NCBI GenBank assembly: GCA_964035545.1
Contig: OZ037771.1
Span: 6,419,190-6,483,189 of the forward strand
Length of the DNA stretch: 64,000 nucleotides
Direction of reading: 5' to 3'
From: Bugula neritina
Taxonomy: Eukaryota; Animalia; Bryozoa
The notes beneath the pieces were generated by a model, which saw nothing but the letters and a program-made list of their open reading frames with translations, searched no databases and had not been told where the DNA came from. Every line of letters begins with the position of its first letter. The first letter of the stretch is position 1. Shown here one piece after another: positions 60,701 to 64,000 of this stretch. The translations under genes were made by a program, and so were the position numbers.

Positions 60701-62403
60701 CTCATCAACTCTTGTCTGAGTTGACCTTGATCCCAGTCAAACGGTGCTCCGTGATGAGCCAGCGTCTCCAACTCGCATCGCGGGGGACCTCCATCCCTCC
60801 TCTCGATGTTGAGACACTGTTTGCAACCTCCGTCAGGTCGGCGACTCAACCCATCCGCATTGCTGTGTCTCTTGCCCGGCCGGTGTTCGATCCGGTACGA
60901 GAATTCAGCTAGGATTTCGAGCCACCGGGCGACCTGACTAGAGGGCTCTGCTCTCCTGCACAACCAGATCAGCGAGGCATGATCCGTACGCAGCCGGAAC
61001 TTCCTGCCATATAGGTATGGTCTGAAGTGCTTCACTGACTTGATTACTGCCAGCAGCTCCTTGCGGGTAGTGCAGTAATTTCGTTCAGCGGGTGAGAGAG
61101 ACTTGCTGTAGTAGGCTACTACTACTTCTCGGCCTTCCTGCACTTGTGACAGCACAGCGCCAACATTCTGGTCACTGGCGTCCGTGTCTAGGATGTACTC
61201 CAGAGTGGGGTCTGGGTAGGCCAAGATGGGCGCCGTTAGGAGGCAGCCCTTGAGGCGGTCGAACGCTTCTTGTTCGACTGGAGTCCACTGCCACGTCACT
61301 CCCTTTGCGGTAAGCCGGTTTAACGGCTGGGCTATGCCCGCAAAGTCTGGTACGTATTGCCTGTAATACCCTACCAGCCCTAAGAAAGCCCGGAGTCCGG
61401 TCAAGTCTTGGGGGGTGACCCAGTCTTCTACTGCCCGTACCTTTTCGGGATCCGTTGCCACGCCGTTTCGACCGACAACGTGCCCCAGGTACTTGACCTC
61501 CGGCTGCAACAGAGCGCACTTGGAAGGTTTGAGCTTAAGACCGGCACCTCGGAGTCTCTCGAAAACCTCCTGCAGACGACTGACATGTGTCTCGAAGTCT
61601 GGAGAGATTACGATGACATCATCGAGGTAGACCAGCAGTGTCTTCCAATGGAGTCCGCTAAGGACTTGTTCCATCAGCCTCTGGAAGGTGGCTGGGGCAG
61701 AGGTTAACCCGAAGGGCAGCACCTTCCACTTCCACAAACCGTCCCGTGTGATAAACGCCGCTTTCTCTTGGGCGTCGGGACTCAGAGGAACCTGCCAGTA
61801 GCCGCTTAGCAAGTCTAACGTACTGAAGTACTTGCTGCCGGCTAGGGCGTCCAATGACTCGTCAATACGAGGTAGAGGGTAGGCGTCCTGTATGGTTACG
61901 CTATTGAGTTTGCGGTAGTCCACACAGAACCGCCAACTGCCGTCTTTCTTCCGGACCAGTACGACTGGCGAGCTCCACGCACTATGGGCGGGCTCTATCA
62001 GTCCCCGGTCCAGAAGATCCCGTACTTGTCGGCTAACCTCCTTCTCTTTCTCCGGCCCCAGCCTGCGCGTGGGCTGCCGGACAGGGACTGTCCCTGCAGT
62101 CAGCGGTATTTCGTGTCTGACAATTCCAGTCAGTCCCACGTCATGCTCTCCGCTGCTGAACACATCACCGTAGTCGCGTAGTAACTTGGCCATAGCTTGG
62201 CGTTCTCTGTTACTCGCGCAGCCGCCACTGGCTGTTTCGTATAACTCCCGGAGATGTGTTGGGACTGCCCCTCGTCCCTGAATAGGGTGTCGAGGGGGTG
62301 CCTCCGTCGCGTCACCCAGCGACGGGCCCACGTCCTCTTCCTGGACGGAGTGGAACCGGCCCAGCATTGACCCAGCTGGGAGCTCAATGGGCTCGGTAAA
62401 GGG
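60637..62403 (-). CDS. pol: Gypsy pol: reverse transcriptase and RNase H segment
   Basis: WSSPVVLVRKKDGSWRFCVDYRKLN, LPFGLTSAPATFQR, YLDD, ILDTDASDQNVGAVLSQ, NYCTTRKELLA, TDHASL. Confidence 0.96.
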   Translation of the reverse strand, partial: PFTEPIELPAGSMLGRFHSVQEEDVGPSLGDATEAPPRHPIQGRGAVPTHLRELYETASGGCASNRERQAMAKLLRDYGDVFSSGEHDVGLTGIVRHEIPLTAGTVPVRQPTRRLGPEKEKEVSRQVRDLLDRGLIEPAHSAWSSPVVLVRKKDGSWRFCVDYRKLNSVTIQDAYPLPRIDESLDALAGSKYFSTLDLLSGYWQVPLSPDAQEKAAFITRDGLWKWKVLPFGLTSAPATFQRLMEQVLSGLHWKTLLVYLDDVIVISPDFETHVSRLQEVFERLRGAGLKLKPSKCALLQPEVKYLGHVVGRNGVATDPEKVRAVEDWVTPQDLTGLRAFLGLVGYYRQYVPDFAGIAQPLNRLTAKGVTWQWTPVEQEAFDRLKGCLLTAPILAYPDPTLEYILDTDASDQNVGAVLSQVQEGREVVVAYYSKSLSPAERNYCTTRKELLAVIKSVKHFRPYLYGRKFRLRTDHASLIWLCRRAEPSSQVARWLEILAEFSYRIEHRPGKRHSNADGLSRRPDGGCKQCLNIERRDGGPPRCELETLAHHGAPFDWDQGQLRQELMSPWRMYKTSAPTLYWPVMFES

Positions 62404-62993
62404 TTGACGCACTGCACTAATACCTCCCCTCGCTCAGTTAGTCGGTTTAAACTACTGGCGAGTTGGATCTTTTCGTGCGCGCTTTCAACGACCCCGAGCC
62501 TGGCTATCCGGTTGCTGTTCACTCGGCAGTGGATAGTAGCTCTGGAGCGTCCGGGTACGGTGCAGTTTCGAACTACCTGAACACCGCCCACCAGAGGACG
62601 CCCAAACTTATCCACACAGGCGAGTTCTCGCCCGCCCATCAGCACCACCGACTTACTGAAATCTATTCGGCACTGGTGTTGCTTCAAGAAGGGCATTCCG
62701 AGGATAGCATCTTCCTCCAGTTGACCTATGATAAAGGTCTCCTGTACAGCCTGATCTCGGACACGCCCAGGGAGCTCGATAATACCATAAAAGGGGATAC
62801 ATGACCCGTCTGCCAGGGTGCCATGTTCTCCAGTATACGGTCGTACTCTATCCCTGTCCCGGCGGGGCAGTGCCTCAAAGACTCTACGACTGAGAAGGTT
62901 GGTAGTACAACCGGAGTCGAGCAGGAAAGTGACGGCGTTGCCGGCCACCTTTCCGGGTAGGAAATAGCTCTCTCCATGTGGTTGTACTTTCAC
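62397..62993 (-). CDS. pol: Gypsy pol: aspartic protease segment
   Basis: FLLDSGCTTNLLS catalytic motif and DAILGMPFL. Confidence 0.9.
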
Positions 62994-63280
62994 CCCCCCG
63001 CATGTGCTGTCCTGGTTTGACAGGACGGCGGGGGTTTCACCCGTGGTTTACGGGGCTTCCGGCGGCGAGGTGGGTGCCGGCGGGGTTTGGGCCTCTCCAC
63101 TGGGCCTTCTGGCTCCATTTCAGTGGCGGGCTCCTCTTCCCGAGGTAACCGGTGAAACCGGTTAGCGAGTGGCAGGGAGAAGGTACTGGGCCGTTGTGCG
63201 GGCCTACTAGTCCTGCGTGGTACCTGCCACTCGGGTGGAATGTTCCGCCGCGTCCGTACGGACAGACGACGGCGCGTTCC

Positions 63281-63343
63281 ACCATACTCCTTTAGTTGCG
63301 GCCCGCGGGGAGGGAGTGTGTCCGCGGGCCGTGACAGTTTAAC
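63281..63343 (-). promoter_or_regulatory. Programmed -1 ribosomal frameshift signal (G_UUA_AAC + H-type pseudoknot)
   Basis: Heptamer at 63343-63337 in the gag frame; 5-nt spacer; perfect 10-bp stem CGGCCCGCGG/CCGCGGGCCG; loop ACUCC can pair with downstream GGAGU. Confidence 0.75.
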
Positions 63344-64000
63344 GCCCCCTGGTATTGGGGTCGTCCTTTCTGTCCCTGGTCCTGATCAGCGCTACTCCAG
63401 CCCTGCCCCACAGGTGTTGGGGGCATCCGCAAGGCCTGACCGGGGCCAGCACCGGCCAGAATGGTTACCAATTGTCCCAGCATCTCTACCATACGGTCCA
63501 TTTCGGCTTCCAGCGGGAGGGCTTCGGAGCCTGTCGTAGCCCTGGCAGCGCTGACTCCAACTACTGGTGGGTTCCTTTGTGCTCGATGCATTTGGGTAGC
63601 CAACAGGTAAGCTTCTCCAGCCTTCAGGGCATCCTCTATTCTGGTTATCCCTTTAGCTCGTAGGTGATGGTCTAGGCCCAGGTCGTTTAGGGACTGGACA
63701 AAGGCGTCATAGGTGTAACGCTCTTGGTGTTGTGCTGGCAGATCGCTATATGCAATCCGCGCCAGCTTCTTCACCGTCGCGGCATGTTCTTGCAGCGAGG
63801 TCCGCGGGGTGCGGCACAATCTCTCCAGCTTGGTCCTAGCGTCTATGACGGAGGTGCCAAAACGGGCCCGCAGCGCAGCCAGTATCCCGTCTACGTCCGT
63901 TCCCACTCCGTACGGCTTGGCTTGCTCCGTCACCGCTCTCCGCAATTGAATAAGGGCCACTCTATGCGGCCATTGAGCAACTTCCATTACCTCTCTAAAT
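63292..64000 (-). CDS. gag: Gypsy gag (N-terminus beyond the window)
   Basis: Capsid-like W..RVALIQLRRAV..ALRARFG..SLQEHAATVKKLARIAY..AFVQSL; located upstream of the protease; no CCHC knuckle in the visible part. Confidence 0.8.
   Translation of the reverse strand, partial: FREVMEVAQWPHRVALIQLRRAVTEQAKPYGVGTDVDGILAALRARFGTSVIDARTKLERLCRTPRTSLQEHAATVKKLARIAYSDLPAQHQERYTYDAFVQSLNDLGLDHHLRAKGITRIEDALKAGEAYLLATQMHRAQRNPPVVGVSAARATTGSEALPLEAEMDRMVEMLGQLVTILAGAGPGQALRMPPTPVGQGWSSADQDQGQKGRPQYQGALNCHGPRTHSLPAGRN

Larger units (their letters stand above)
57082..64000 (-). mobile_element. Ty3/Gypsy LTR retrotransposon (5' part beyond the window)
   Basis: Abrupt rise in GC; gag-PR-RT-RNaseH-IN order; polypurine tract next to a TG...CA LTR. 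Confidence 0.97.

Noticed and set aside
57654-63663. Plus-strand ORFs within the Gypsy element as antisense genes
   Set aside because: Expected shadow ORFs of GC-rich coding DNA; no motifs.

Overview
AT-rich (intron-rich) invertebrate animal genomic DNA. It carries three intact multi-exon genes on the + strand that I could splice by hand with consistent GT-AG phases: an LRCH-family gene (LRR + calponin homology, 2277-18452), a LONRF-family E3 ligase (TPR-RING-TPR-RING-LON N-terminal domain, 27196-36492) and a PP2A B'' regulatory subunit (PPP2R3B/PR70-like, 40528-54564). The last ~7 kb is a minus-strand Ty3/Gypsy retrotransposon (3' LTR 57082-57358; 5' end runs off the window). It has a slippery site plus pseudoknot at gag-pol, several further frame breaks, and an extra C2H2-zinc-finger/coiled-coil ORF in the position where env would lie. 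Introns and intergenic DNA hold MITEs, tRNA-derived SINEs with 15-bp TSDs, a decayed hAT element, a LINE 3' fragment and many minisatellites. Most notable: (1) the Gypsy extra zinc-finger ORF and frameshift signals; (2) mutually exclusive LRCH terminal exons (membrane anchor vs PDZ-type tail), plus a possible third with UGA-CUA readthrough; (3) tandem duplication of splice junctions, and TGTAG-containing intronic minisatellites; (4) 3/6-nt periodic tracts just downstream of each putative gene start; (5) an alternative N-terminal exon in the PP2A B'' gene. All calls come from reading the sequence by eye; no searches or folding programs were run.
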